Shown here: piece after piece, positions 1 through 13,119 of the stretch
Position numbering within the stretch: position 1 is the first letter of the stretch
Layout: each line of letters opens with the position of its first letter
Assembly (NCBI RefSeq): GCF_018350175.1
Contig: NC_058368.1
Location: forward strand, 82,524,001-82,588,000
Origin: Felis catus
Lineage: Eukaryota
Length of the DNA: 64,000 nt
Reading direction: 5' to 3'
Program-made: the position numbers and the translations under genes
Notes under the pieces: generated by a model
What the model was told of the DNA's origin: nothing
Database searches by the model: none
Seen by the model: only the letters and a program-made list of their open reading frames with translations

Positions 1-2978
1 CCCTTCGTCCCCACTCCAGCACTGGGCTCCCCAAGCCCGTGCAGCTTCCCAAGTGAGCACAGTATCACTTGCTATCCACAAAGGACCGCTTTCTCCCACA
101 CCGAACTCCTGGCTCCTGGCCAGGGGAACACGACCCCCGGGAGGCTGCTGCTTAAGCCCATCCCCAGTGGCCGGAGATTGGATCCATTGCACCCTCAACA
201 TGAAGATAAAAACTCTTGGATGGTGAAGTTCACCAAGCTCTGCTTCGCAGTCCCTGGCAGAGCGCAGGAACCAGGGGTCTCCGCGTCAGTCAGCTCTGCA
301 GTGGGGGAGCCTCTCGGGACAGAGCCCGCAGCCTGCAGGGTCCATGCTGGCTCCAGGAGTGCCAGAGTGGGATCGCAGGACAGCCAATGCCTTGGTGCCA
401 GAGAATCGGGAAGTGGTGTTCGCACTGCCTGCTCTTGGCTCCCACACAGTGATGGAGAGGTCTCAGCAGAGGGAGGGGGCGCTCTGTTCTGACCTCTGGA
501 CACCCGCTGGAGCTCAGTCCTTTGTGCAGGGAACAGATGTGAGCAAAGCTGGGCACGAGCCTTCCCCTCCGGGACCCCTCTTCCAGCAAGGTTTGTGCTG
601 GGTGAGGTGATGGCCCCTCATGCTTTGGGACTGGTACCAGCAGGCATTGGACCTGGGGAGCCCATCACAGTCATGGGCTGGCCGGTGACCCTGCTGGCCC
701 CACACCCCACCTGGATCTGTCTTCCCCTGCTCAGACCTCAGCCCTTCCACATCCAGCCCTTGTTGCTCACTAACCAGCCCTTAGCCAGGGAGCTTAAGTG
801 GCCCCTCACCCCATCATGTGTCTCAAAGTTGGACATTGGTTTGCATTTTGCAAAGAAAACCAGCGACTGAAACAGACGTGTGTGTGTGTCAGAGGAACCA
901 GGGAAATCACATTTCCCAATAATTTATGTAGAAAACCATGCCAAACAGAGACTGGAGCCCAGATTGCAATGGAGGGGTGCCGAGACGAGACTGAAACCTC
1001 AGGCGGAGGAAAACAGAGCAGGGGGGCTGTCCAAGCCCCTCCTTCAGACCTGTTTCCTGGGATCTGTGTCCCCATCCTCTATCAGGAAGGAAACAGCACC
1101 AGGACAGCTTGTACACGACCCCATGTCAGTGGTCAGAGGCCCAAATGGAGGGGACCAGGCTCTGACTGGCTGCTGGCTTTGCAGCCTAGCCTGGAAAATT
1201 TCCAGAAGGGCTCCTTCATAGGTCCTGTGTGTGGCTGGCTTGAGCAATTCCCCCACAACAGAGATTTGCAGGGTGGGTGGGGACTGGGAAACAAGCTTCT
1301 CAAGGTCACACAGGCAAGTTAAGTGTTTGGGGTGTGACTGAAGGTATCAGTGCATGTGCCCGCCCCCCCCCCCCCAGGATTCCACACCTGGCCGGCCAGC
1401 GGCAGCCAACGGCGCGGCCCCAGGCGGCCCTGAGGGGCTGTCCCTGGGCTTCAGGTCCAGTCGGTTGAAGACAGAAGCCTGTCTCCTGATGGACAGCAGT
1501 GAAGTTGCTCTGAAGCAACGAAGACAGAGACGTGATAGCGCCCGGGGTGCCGCTTTGAGAGGGGGGTGCTTAGAACATGAGGCGCAGGATGCAGCTCCCC
1601 CGGGGGGATGAATCCAGAAGTGGGTGCATGCCCACCAGGGAGGGACAAGGCTGTCTCCCTGGGGATCCAGCGGCTGCGGGATCAGAGGGAGCACAGGGTC
1701 ATTGGCGTGTGTCTGAGGGACCCTTGTGGGCGGGGCATGAGGACCCTGCCTTTTCCAGGTCCCCAGGGACCTAGATGGAGGACTGGAGGCCAGTGGGGCA
1801 TCCGGACTGGCTTGGTGGGGGCAGAGCCAGGATGCGGACCTGGCTCCCTTGGAACCTGTGTTCCCTGATGCTGCGACCTTAGTTTTCTTATCTGTGTAAT
1901 GGGATTGCCCACTCCCTCTGGGTCTCAAGGCCTTGTCGGAATAGAATTCATCTAACCCTGCAGCCCAGAGGGCACATTCTCCTGCTCCCAGCAGAGGTCA
2001 CGTTGGTCACAGACCGTCACACTGTGGCCAGGTCCTGGGCCCAGCTGACCCCAGCATGACCCAAAAGTCATTGAGTGGCTGCAAACCTCCTGCTTTGTGG
2101 ACACTTGCACCTCCCTGAAAACCTGCCCCTCAAAACAAATGGAGGAAAGACCTTGGGGAGGCCTGGGCCTAACTAGGGCTCATGCCTCCCATCCCGGTCC
2201 CCATCCCTCTCTTCTGCCTCCAGGGCTGCCCTCCTCCTCCCCCTCCTCCCAGGACACCTGGCTGGGAGTCTCAGGCAGGCTGTGCTCTGGGGCAACAGGC
2301 CAAGGGGACAGCCTCCAGGCATGTGCACCTTTGCCTCTGCCCAGGCTCGGGCTGGCCCCAGACGACCCCCCGCGGGTGCTCTCCCTGGTAAGCTTCTCAC
2401 CTCCCAAGGCCTCAGCAGCCTCCGACCCTCGTGCAAGGGGCAGTTCGCCCTCCCTGAGCTCCTGTCTTTCAAAGCAGGCCCTCCAGCTCCCCACACGGCT
2501 GGGGACTGGGGCACCTGGTGACACCAGGGCTCATAAAAGGCCTCAGGGTGACCGCACCGTGAGGGAGCTTCACCTGTTGTTTTATGGAATGAAATACTTC
2601 AGGACATTGTGGGAAGGATCCATTTGGGGTGAGTTTCCACATGAACCAAGGATTGTCCAGGCCTGGGAGGCACCCAGGATGCTCTAAACAGAGGTGCCAG
2701 GGACAGGGCTGGGGGGCCTCGGGATCATGAGGTAGGAGGGCAGGGAGTGCCTGCTTTGGGAACTTGACCACAGAGCACAGAGTGTCTGGGTCACTCCCCC
2801 AGTCCTGCCCCTGAACTGATGTCCAACAATGCATTTGCATTGCAGCCTCCCCTTTAGTGAATAATGAGAGTTAAAGTTATCTACTAGTAATGAAGCGACT
2901 CGCCATCGCCTCCTCTTGGGTGGTGGGGGTGACCTGCCCACTCAAGGGCAGAAGTGGTGAGACGCCGCACCGAGCGTG

Positions 2979-2992
2979 CCACCAGGGGGCGC
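2979..2992 (+). promoter_or_regulatory. Consensus CTCF core motif in a CpG-rich patch
   Basis: CCACCAGGGGGCGC; the surrounding 2900-3540 region is CpG-rich. Confidence 0.65.
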
Positions 2993-5434
2993 ACTGCGCA
3001 AGAGCCTTCCGCTTTCCGGGCGCGGTGGGAGAAGCGATCCTCGCGCCTAGCGGATCGGAGGCCAGGGGAGCAGCAAGAGCGGAGACAGGTGGGCGCTGTG
3101 ACCCCACTGTGACCGGTGTCCCCCGGAGTCCTTCACCACCCTCCCCCCCCCCCCCGACTCAGCTACAAAATGGGTCTGAGAGTAGATCCCAGCTTGTGGA
3201 TCGTTGTGGAATTAATGACTTAAAATTTGCAGGACCAATCAGGACGGTTTACTGGGCCTGGCGCAGAGCAGACAAGGGCTCTCAGCCCTTGCTGGGACCC
3301 GCGCGACATTTTCACATGGCAGTGACCCTGGCAGTGCACCGTGTCCTGGGGCGCCGCCCCCACCGCAGGTCACTTCAAGTGACCAGGTTCGCTTCTGCGG
3401 AACAACGTGGAGATAAAGGAAACCGCGCTGGCCGCCGCTGTCTTCCCCCCGCCCCCCACTGGAGTGGAAGCTCCTGGAGGCGCTAGGGGCTCATGCCGGT
3501 GCTCAGCAAATACTCAGGGGCGGCGCCGAGGAAGGTGCCTGTGACATGAAACCTGGTGAACAGAGGTGGGTGCAGGGTGACCCCAGTCTCGTAAACATTG
3601 TATGTATCCGTCTCTCTCCATACAGAGATCTTTCTAGAGGAGAGAGGGCACGCTCCAGAGAAATACATTAAAATATTGAGAATCTGCAAGTAACTAGAAG
3701 AAAACTTAAATGCTTTTTGTGAGCTCCCATATTACCCACAAGCAAGATGCATGTTGGATTTGGGGGGGAAACACCACTGGAGAGAATAGGCTGGGGGCGA
3801 GGCCGTGGGGTGTCTGCAGGAAGGGCCGTGTGTAGCCGGTGCGGCCCCATCAGAGATGTGGAGGCAGGATGAGGCCTGGCCTGTCCCTGCCCCCAAGGGC
3901 TCTGTAAGCCTCTCTCACAGGTGTCTGAGTAGGAGGGGGCCAGCGGGGCAGGTCAGGCCTGCGGCCAGGGACAACAGGGGGTCACCACCTGGGACCACTG
4001 GCCAAGCCTGTTTGTGACAGAAAATGCCACCAGGGAGCCTGCTTCAGGGCTGCTGGCAGGCTGAGGCAGGGGACCCAGAGGACCAGGGGGCCCCTGAACA
4101 AGGGGAAGCCAGGAGAGGGTTCGCAGGCAGCCCGGACGATGGGGTTTTCATTCCCCCCAAGTTTACAGGGCCATCTCATTGCCCACACAGGGGGCGTCCT
4201 GTCCTGCCCTCACCACCTGCCAGGTCACTCCACCCTGACCATGCCTCCCATGCCTCCCAGAGCTGGGACGGGGCCGAGGCAGCTCCCCCCGCTGCCAGCA
4301 GATGGCAGCCCAGGGCTCAGCCCGGACACTCTGGGTTCCCTCCCGGTTCCAGCATCGAATGAAAGGCCCCACTGCTGCACGGGCTGCACCTCCCCCGTGG
4401 AAGCCTCGGCGAGGGCAGGGGTGCGGCTGGCAGGCGTTGGCAGATGATGGATGGAAGCTTGGAGCTTTCCTTGTGTGTCCCCACCTTCAAGAGCCACCGC
4501 TGCCCCCCCCCAGGGGCTTGCTGTGGGAGCAGAAGGCCAGAGCCACAACCACCACACCTGCAAGCCAAGTCCTTCTGATTACCCTGGGGCCTGCCCTGGA
4601 CCGGCTCCCCCGCAGATACCCCCAATGACATGGAAAGAAAGTACCTCCAACCGTGAGGTTCAGAGGCCCAATGAAAAGTCAAACATGCATCTGATTTGGG
4701 AGAATTTATACCCTAAACCAGGGAAAGGTCACAACCAAGCACACGTGGGGTGTCCCTGCTCCCCAGGCCCCTAGAGGCCAGCAGCCACGTGCAATGGCAA
4801 GGGACAGACAACGAAAAGATAGTGGGGTACATGGCCAGGGGCCCTCCCGGGCCCAGTCACCCTCCTGGCCTGTGGCTAACCGTTGTGGCCTGTGCTGCTC
4901 TGTAGCAAGGGCCCTGGCCCTGAGGCCTTCTCCTCCCATCCTGGCCAAAGGGCAGACCAGCCGTCTGTCCAGAAGCTTCTGAGGTACCCTTTTAGCTGGT
5001 GGTAGCAGTGAGGGGTTGGACAGGACAGGGGCCATCTCTTTGGGGGCTGGGAAGCAGTATTCCACATCTCGTGGGGGGGGGCGGGATGGGGACGAGCCGC
5101 GGCCCCCAGCCTCCAAGGTGTGGGAGGTCCTCTGTGTATTGCTTGTCTGAACCCCCAGCACATGGGGAGCACTCAGCAGGGCAGCCTTTTCTGGGATCTG
5201 GTCACGTGACAGCCCCACCCAACTGGCCAGGGAAGCGGTTTCCATGATTGGATCAGCTGCTCCGGGCCTCCCTGCTCTCTGGTGGATGCAGCGAGAGATG
5301 GAGGCGCCCGCCCATCTCCCAACCCACCTGTGCACACAGCGGGCGTCTGACTCCTCCAACCTTGGGGCCCCGATGTTCCTCACCCTCAGAGATACTTGTC
5401 ACTGGCCCACGCCCTCTTGCGTGCTTGAGGTTGC

Positions 5435-5700
5435 TTTATGTGCGTGTATGTATGTGCACGTGTGTGTGACTGCCTGCCCATGTGTGTGTGTGTGCATGTG
5501 TGTGTATGTGCATGTGTGTGTAGGTGCACGTGTGTGTATGTGCATGTGGGTGTGACCGCCTACCCACGTGGGTGTGTGTATGTGCACGAGGGTGTGACCA
5601 CCTGCCGGCGTGGGTACAAGTGTAATGTGCATGCACGTGTGTAGATGTGCATGTACAGTATGCACTTCTGGGTGTGTGTGCATGTGAGTGAGTGTGAGCC
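5435..5700. repeat. Degenerate (TG)n microsatellite
   Basis: Direct reading. Confidence 0.85.
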
Positions 5701-6257
5701 AGTGCATCTGCTGGGTTCTCAGTCGCAGGTCAGACCACATGAAATTGAAGTTCTTTGCCCACTTGGCCTGTGGCAGTTTGCTGAGACCTGAATGATGAAC
5801 ACGCAGGACTCCCCACCCTTTGCTCAGCCTCCCTCTGTGCCCTCCCCCCGCAAGCCCCTCCCCCTCAAGTCCCTACCCCCTCAAGCCCCTACCCCTGGAG
5901 CCAAGCCGGATGAGGCAAGGCCCTAGTGCAGCCTCTGGCGCTGGGAGCTCCCACTCCGGCTGCACAGATTGTCTGCTTGTGGCAAAGCTCACCCCCAGGT
6001 CCTCAAGGAACAATGCCTACCCTGCCTCGGGGCCCCTTGTGTTGGGGCTTGGACCCCTCAGGTACACCTGGGGCCAAGTCTAGGGCTGCGTGGTCACAGC
6101 CACCACCATGCACATGTGACCTGGGGGGGGGGCCAGTCATCTGTCACTGAACTCACCTCCCTCCCCCCAGTTACATTTCAGGGAGTGAGATGCATGGAAG
6201 GAAGGGGTAGGGATCCCTCAAGAGGCACCAGAGAGAGAGAACACCTTCTGTTCATGC

Positions 6258-6263
6258 TTTATT
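6258..6263 (-). terminator. Probable C13orf46 polyadenylation signal AATAAA
   Basis: tttatt on +, about 270 nt past the stop codon. Confidence 0.6.
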
Positions 6264-6531
6264 GTGTCTTTTTAAAAGATGGTGTCATTGCTCACCCAGC
6301 GGGTCAGTGGCTCACACCTGGGTGGTCATCGGGGCCCTGAAATGGTTCAAGTGGCGTTTCTTAGAGCTTCCTGTCTGCGTCCCCCGTCCCTCCCTCCCAG
6401 GTTTCTGCAGGACCGAGGAGGCCAGGAGATCAGGTGAGCAGCCCAGCCCCCTCTGTTCTGCTTCCTGTCCCCTCTAGATGCCCCCTCGGCCCCCAGCCCT
6501 GTCCTGGTGAGAACTACCTCGTCCAGAGCTG

Positions 6532-6598
6532 TTACACACTGTCCTTGGCCTTCCTTCTGGTGGAGTAAGGGATGCAGCACACCCAGCTGGTCCTGGTC
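6532..6598 (-). CDS. C13orf46: C13orf46 last coding exon (TRTSWVCCIPYSTRRKAKDSV, stop)
   Basis: tag acceptor; TAA stop at 6534-6532. Confidence 0.9.
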
Positions 6599-8067
6599 CT
6601 AGGGGCCGACAGCGGGCCGAGCGGGGGAGAGAGACAGGTGCCGCCCCTACTGAGCTCAGAGCCCAGGACCACAGGCAGCACCCCTGCGCCCCAGATGCAT
6701 GCCGCCCATCAAGCCCAGGGGGCCCGGGGCCCAGCACCCACAGCCAGACTCCTGGGCAGGCTGGCTGGCCCTCCCACCAGCTGCCTCCCACCCACCCAGT
6801 GCCTTTGTCCTCTGCGCTGGGAGGCCTGAGCCAGAAGGGGCCCCTGAACATGAAACACCTCAAAGACCAGCCGAGCCAAACCACTCCCCTCGGCCCCACG
6901 CCTACCCCTGCCTGTTTCCAGAACACCACAACTTGAGTTTTTCCCCAGTGGTGGTCTCTGGGGTCTCCACTTCCAACCGAGGCTGCCTCTGGGGTGGGTC
7001 AGCTGCCCCCCTTCCCTTTGCAGGGACCCCACAACTCGGTACTGAAGCGTCCCACTGGGCAGTAAGCAGTGGCTGGCCCGCAGGTGCCGAACCCCACCAT
7101 CTGAAACAGGCCTGAAAGAGCCTGGACAGAGAAGCCATGGCTCTGAGAACTGCGAGGGCAGGTGAGCAGGGCAGTGGGACAGACAGGTGGTCCTGACACC
7201 ACCTGGTGGGGCGTGAAGGCCAGGCCCACATGGAGGGCCCCCCTACACCCCCTTCCCACTGTCCAGCAGTCCCCCAGCACACAAGCTTGGTTATGTGCCG
7301 GCCCTGGCTTGCGGGTTTTCTGGGGCCACTGAGTCAGCAGGTAGCGAGCTGAGACCATGAGGCTGAGTGGGTGACTTCGGGATTGTCTGGCCCGGGGGCG
7401 GGGGGTGGGGGGAGCAGCAAGTCAAGCCACCGCGCTGCACCCGTGCGGCTGAATCCATCACCACGTCCGTTCAGAGACAATGAGAAGCATGGGGGCAGCC
7501 TCGATTTGGGGTGTGACAGGGCGGCTCTGACCTCCTCCAGCCTGGATCTGGGGGTGTGACAGGGAGGCCCTGACCTCTTAGCAAATGCTGGCATGAGTAG
7601 ACACGGGCAGGGACATGGGAACATCTGAGGTCAGACTGGGTGACACTCCCTCACAGAACATACACACCTGGGGGAAAGTTTGTGGTAATAACAACACACC
7701 GAGTAAGCAAAGGCTTTGGGGCTACAGCTCAAAGCTACTGATGCGGGGTGGAGGGGGGGGTGTGCCAGCGAGAGCTCACGAGGGGCCCGTGTGCCCCCGT
7801 GCCGCCCTCCCTGCTCCCAAGAGAGGCCTGGGTGACTCAGAACCTGTCCTTTTCATGAGCTGTTCCTCACTGGGCCAGTTACTTAGAAGGACAGGTACCA
7901 GCTTTAGAACAGAATATACTTTTATCTAAATATCTGTTAGAATTTCTTTTAAAAAATGTTTGAGCTAAATAAGCCAAGGTAGTAACATAGTTGTTAATTC
8001 CAAGTGGGAAGTTGGATAAATTGCTATTTTCTTTTTGTGTTTCTCTGTATTGTTTAAAGTAAACTAA

Positions 8068-8290
8068 GGGTGCCTGGGGGGCTCAGTCGCTTGAGCACGC
8101 AACTATTTATTTTGGCCCAGGTCACGATCTCACTGTTTGTGGGTTCGAGGCCCGCGTCATGCTCTGTGCTGACAATGTGGAGCCTGCTTGGGATTCTCTG
8201 TCCCTCCCTCTCTCTGCCCTTCCCTCTCTCTCTGTCTCTGTCTCTCTGTCTCAACAATAAACATTAAAAACATTTTTAAATAAAAAAGTA
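8068..8290 (+). mobile_element. CAN-SINE
   Basis: tRNA-derived head (gggtgcctggggggctcagtcg), (CT)n tract, aataaa and A tail. Confidence 0.92.
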
Positions 8291-8293
8291 AAT

Positions 8294-8526
8294 GGGGCGC
8301 CTGGGTGGCTCACTAGGTTAAGCATCCGACCTTAGCTCAGGTCATGATCTCACGGTTCATGAGTTCAAGCCCCATGTCGGGCTCTGTGCTGACAGCTTGG
8401 AGCCTGGAGCCTGCTTCAGATTCTGTGTCTGCCTCTCTCTCTGCCCTTACCCCACTTGCAGTCTGTCTCTCTCTCTCAAAAATGAATAAACATTAAAAAT
8501 ATTTTTTTAAATAAAAAAAAAAAAAT
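8294..8526 (+). mobile_element. CAN-SINE, tandem with the previous copy
   Basis: ggggcgcctgggtggctc head, (CT)n tract, polyA. Confidence 0.92.
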
Positions 8527-9081
8527 AGGTCTAGGGGCCTTTGGGTGACCTAGCAGCCTACCCAGCACCCTTTATGGCCTCAGGACTTCACGGGGGCTGG
8601 CTGGCCCTACCCAATCTCTCCCCTAAGAGGGTGTAGGTAGTCAAGACAAATGTGTCTCCTACCCTAGCCCTGGGGCTCGGCCTGTGTGGCAGAGACATCG
8701 GCCAGGTGATGGGTCCTCCCTCCCAGTGACCTCTGCGGCCAAAACCCCAAACTGAGAAGCTGGAAGGACCCTCACAGCAACACTTCCCTCTCACCTCTGC
8801 CTCCTCCCACTTCACGGTCTGGCCAAGCTGTTGGCTGATGGGATGGGGAGAGCGGGTCTTGCTGTGGGGTGAGGGGGCCACAAGGTAAGGGTCATGCCTG
8901 AGTCCTGCTGCTCACGTCTCAGCCCCTCCGGGCTCATCAGTGCTGGGTCTCTATGCACACAGGTGAGGGGGGAAGGCACGCAGTGGGGTTCTGCCCATCC
9001 TGCAGGATGTGGGGCCAGCAGACACCGTGGTAGAGGAGAGCCCCCCACGTCTCCGTGTATAAACCCATAAGCATCACTCAC

Positions 9082-9149
9082 TCGTCTTCTGATGAACCCC
9101 CCATGTCCATCTCGGACTGCTTCTCTTCTTTCATGGTGCCTGTGACCAC
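9082..9149 (-). CDS. C13orf46: C13orf46 exon 6 (VVTGTMKEEKQSEMDMGGSSEDE)
   Basis: cag acceptor, gtgagt donor, 68 nt. Confidence 0.88.
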
Positions 9150-9744
9150 CTGTGGGAAGTGGGAGGAGCAGTTTAGGGGACAAGGGGAGGGAGGCAAGCA
9201 TAGCCACTAAGGCCGGAACTGATGCACCTGCCTGAGGATCAGACGGGGGCCTGGAAACTGTGCGGGCACTGGGCATCTTCCCATGAGTTTGGGCACCGTG
9301 AAGTGAAAATTGCCAATCGGGGGACCCTGGCCAAGGAACTGTGCCCTCCATGTGGGCCACTGTGACTTCTGGACTGTAATCCCAACTCTGCCACTGGATG
9401 ACCTTCCTTGAGTCCTTAAAACCCATGGTGCCTCCAAGACAGCCTCGTGAGTAGCTAATAACCAGCATTCTTTACTGTACGGTGTGTTCTGAGGGCAAAG
9501 ACTTGGAAGATGTAATTAAAAAACAATCCCTGGGTAGGAGCTTAAACATGAGAGAGCTGGAAAACTTGCAGAGGTAGCTGCCCATTACAGCTGAGAACTG
9601 GAGGGCATTGTGGGACGCTTGTGTTGGGTCCAGACAGGCCTTTGGTCAACCCCTTCATTTCACAGAAAATGATGATACTATGACGATGAGGATGAGGATG
9701 TGGACGAGGTGGCAGTGGTGGTGGTGGTGATAATGGTGATGGTG

Positions 9745-9950
9745 ATACCTGCTACTGAGGCTTTCTGGGTCTAGGCACTATTCTGAGAGCTTTACAGAAC
9801 CACCCTGGGATGTGGGTGCCGCTAAGATCCTCATTTTATGAACGAGACCACCGAAGCACTGGGAGGTGTGTACTCAAATACTTGAGTATTTACTGGCAGA
9901 GCCAGACGTGGAGGCCAGGTCCTTGACTCCCAAGCCTGCGCCCTTCATTC
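9745..9950 (-). mobile_element. MIR-like ancient SINE fragment
   Basis: Degenerate MIR-core motifs (ctcattttatgaacgag, ggcagagccag, tgactccc). Confidence 0.5.
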
Positions 9951-10208
9951 CACCCCAGCATGATCCCAGAAGAGGTTCTTAGGGCCTGGGGGCACCCTGA
10001 GGGTTGAGCCAGGCCCTAGCATCTCTGGTGATGCTGGAATGCATGCAGGTTGGTGGATAAGGAGGAGGCAAGGGTGGCCTTTGAACCCCTGCCTCTACCT
10101 CAGCCTCCAACACATGCATGTGGGGCAGGTCCCCTGGACAAGCCTCGAGGGCCCCGAGCACCAGCATTCCCGGCAACAAGCCTGGCTCTGTCGTCTGAGG
10201 GCTTTTAC

Positions 10209-10256
10209 CTCCTCCGCATGGTCTCCCAGATCAATCTCCACAAACACAGATGGTTT
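10209..10256 (-). CDS. C13orf46: C13orf46 exon 5 (KPSVFVEIDLGDHAEE)
   Basis: cag acceptor, gtaaa donor, 48 nt. Confidence 0.9.
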
Positions 10257-11168
10257 CTGTGAATGGAAACCAAAGAGGTGTGGATGGTGGGCTTGGGTGG
10301 GCTGGAGAGGAGAGGAGGCTTCCTGGGAGGGGCAGTGGGCTCCGGGCCCTGGCACAGCTAGGGTCTGCATGACCACCCCCAGGACCACCACCGGTGGCTG
10401 TGCTCAGCGGGGGCTCCTGAGGAGCTGGCAGAGAGCTGCTGGCAGTACGGACGGCAAGGTGCCCACGGCCAGCTCTGGCAGAGAAGAGGGAGGGGTATGG
10501 CCGCCCCTCTCCCCCTGCTCACTCCCTCAGTTGCCCTGGCTTCACCTGTCTGAGATTGCCTCAAGGTGATGCTCAGAGCTGCGGCATCCCCTCTACATCC
10601 TCTCCAGACCGCACGCGGCCCCACGACCCTCCTGGGACCCTCACCCCATGCCAGTGAGGACTCACACTGAGGTGTGGAAGCAGCTCGACCCAGGAGGGGT
10701 TTCCAGTGGGAGTGCTTTAGTGAACGCCACAGGTATTTGTGGGTGAGCTCCTGGAATCCCAAGGACCATCTGTCATGGGCCCAGCTCCCCCCTCCCACGT
10801 GGATCGGGAAGGGGAATAAGAGCCTTCTTCCTGTGGGATGTCGCCAGTGGGGATTCCTACCGCAGCGCACATGGATCTCTGGGCAGAGCGTCAGGGCATG
10901 GGACTGGGGACACTTCAAGGCTGGGCTTTCCACGGCCACCCCCGTCAGGTCCCAAAGGCCTCAGGCAGCCACGTCGGGAAACAGAGGTGCCCAGCACCAG
11001 CTGGGAGCATGGAGCTTGAGCAAAGGCTCTTGGGTAGAGGTTGTGCTCGGTCCAGCCTACACGTGGTCCTGCCAAGGTGACCCCGGGCCCACGTGTCCAG
11101 CCTGCTCGTGGCCCCACAGGACTGTGCCTGTTAGCCCTCTCTGTTTGACAAAAGTCAAACGCTCTTGC

Positions 11169-11216
11169 CTCTTTTCCCAAAGGCTCATCCAGCTTTATGG
11201 ACTCCAACTCCGGTTC
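11169..11216 (-). CDS. C13orf46: C13orf46 exon 4 (EPELESIKLDEPLGKE), GC donor
   Basis: Strong acceptor, ESIKL motif, donor GAG|GCAAGA. Confidence 0.75.
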
Positions 11217-11337
11217 CTGGGGAAGACACCAAACAAGTAAATAACAGCAGGGCCCGAGGACGACGGACGTTTGTCCACACTACAGGCGTGCCCGGCCCGT
11301 CCTCCCGCTCCTGCCACTGGCCTCTATGTGGCCTCAC

Positions 11338-11425
11338 CGCCGGCCCCGCCCAGCCACCATCAGGGTCCAACTTCCTGAGGGAGTCCCGATTCTTTTCCTG
11401 CTTCTCTTCCTCTGGGTCTGCCTTA
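11338..11425 (-). CDS. C13orf46: C13orf46 exon 3 (KADPEEEKQEKNRDSLRKLDPDGGWAGPA)
   Basis: Pyrimidine tract plus cag acceptor; donor GCG|gtgagg is phase 0 as required; the 3' boundary is less certain. Confidence 0.7.
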
Positions 11426-12100
11426 CTGTGGGAGGAGCGGGGACAACAGGTCAGCATCAGTGCCCTGAGATGCAGCTTTGGGCTGGCGCTTTCTCCCCCT
11501 GGGTGTTGGGAGGCTCAGGGATGCACCCCACAGGACAGGGAGGGACAGACTGTGGAGGACCTTCCGCGTGCCTGGGGGTGGGAGGGTGAGTGGGCGGAGG
11601 GGGAGGCAGAGGTGTCCCTTGCTAGGCATCGAGGAGTAGGCGGTGTTACTCGAGGCTGGTTCTGTGGCGATGGGGGTGGCGCTGGGGGGCTCTGTGGTGA
11701 TGATGGTGGTGCTGGGGGGGTGTCTGTGGCGAGGATGGTGGTGTTGGGGGGCTGTCGGCCAATGATGCTGCACATCCACATCTCTCCCAAAGAGCGAGAC
11801 CTCTGGCACGACCAGTGGTCTGGAGTCGAGTGGAAACGTTTGCTAAGACAGGTGCCAGCTCCCAGACTCCGGGCCATGGCCAGCTGGGGGGCCGCCTGGG
11901 GAGGCAGGTGCTGTGGGGTGTGCGGCTTGCAGCCCTGGCACCCCCTCCCACCTTGAGCTGTCGGGGTCTTCTCAGGACACCCCAGGACTCCTTTGGGGTC
12001 CAAGCATCAACCTTGGGACTGGCCCCAGGCCCCACCCTGCTGTGTCCTGTGTCCTCCTCACGTCTCTGAAAACCACCTGTGCTGGACAAAGACCACTTAC

Positions 12101-12152
12101 CAGTTGGCATCCTCAGTGTCACTCTGTAGGTCTCTTCCCTGGTCCTCGGACT
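12101..12152 (-). CDS. C13orf46: C13orf46 exon 2 (ESEDQGRDLQSDTEDANC)
   Basis: cag acceptor, gtaagt donor, 52 nt, phases fit. Confidence 0.88.
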
Positions 12153-13071
12153 CTGGGGAGGAAGGGGCAGCGATCGTCGTCAGAACTCCTGGGCCCGTGG
12201 CCGCCCTGCGAGCCCTGATAGCGCATCCTGCAGGCATTGAGTCTGGGAGGACAGTCCAGGTCCCATTTCCCCATGGCCACATCCAGGCCCAGAATGCTAA
12301 AGGTGGCCGCTTCTCTGTACCTGCTCCCCTTCCTGCCAGCAGCTCGGCACCCCCGTGCCCCAACCCAACACACATATGGGGCCCAAGATCCAAATGCAGT
12401 CCTGCTGCGGGGGTAGACATTACAAAGCCTTAAATTGTCCTTCGATAAGAGGCCTTGTGGGGTGCCTCGGAGCACCCTGATCCTGCAGGGAGGATTTTCT
12501 CACAGAACTTGGTGGTGTCCCGTCCATGTGGCTCCCAGGCCTCAAGGCCGGGGGCCCCTGCGGACCGGAGAGCTGATGGCTGGGCTCCGGGAGACAGCCT
12601 GCAGGCTGCTTCTGTGTGGAGACCAGTAGAGTAGCTGGGTCTCCAGCTCTCCCATGCCATCCCTGCCCTGGGCCTGGCCTCTCGGGGGCCCCCTGCCTCA
12701 TGTCAGGCGGTCTGACTGGAGGGAGACCCATCTTAGCCAGGCCTCCCTGGCGCTCAGCGCACGCAGCCTTGGCTGTGTTGTTTGGGCCCTTCTCGGTGAC
12801 TCACGAGCCACCTGTGGCTAAGAACTAGGGTCTTCCTCCTCCTCTCGTCCTTCGCACCCACACCGGTGCAGGGACTGATGCTGATGTGTGCTCGGGTCTT
12901 CAGAGAACATTTCAGAAGCTGGTGGCTCTCAAGACGTCCTTTGGGCCAAAAAGGCTCAGCCCAGTCCCCACCTTAGAGAGAAGGACTCGAGTGATTCAGA
13001 AGCAGTAGTTTTGGGATTTTAAAATTGACTTCTTTTGGAAAATCTTCAGCAGGCCCCTACCTGTAGGCACA

Positions 13072-13074
<3 letters not shown>

Positions 13075-13116
<42 letters not shown>
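13075..13116. repeat. (GT)n microsatellite
   Basis: About 20 perfect units. Confidence 0.95.

Positions 13117-13119
<3 letters not shown>

Noticed and set aside
1..6200. Many 60-225-aa ORFs in the left flank
   Set aside because: No recognisable homology or consistent exon structure; expected by chance in GC-rich DNA.
8068..8160. tRNA-like A/B-box sequence
   Set aside because: It is the tRNA-derived head of a CAN-SINE, not a tRNA gene; the same applies to the other SINEs.
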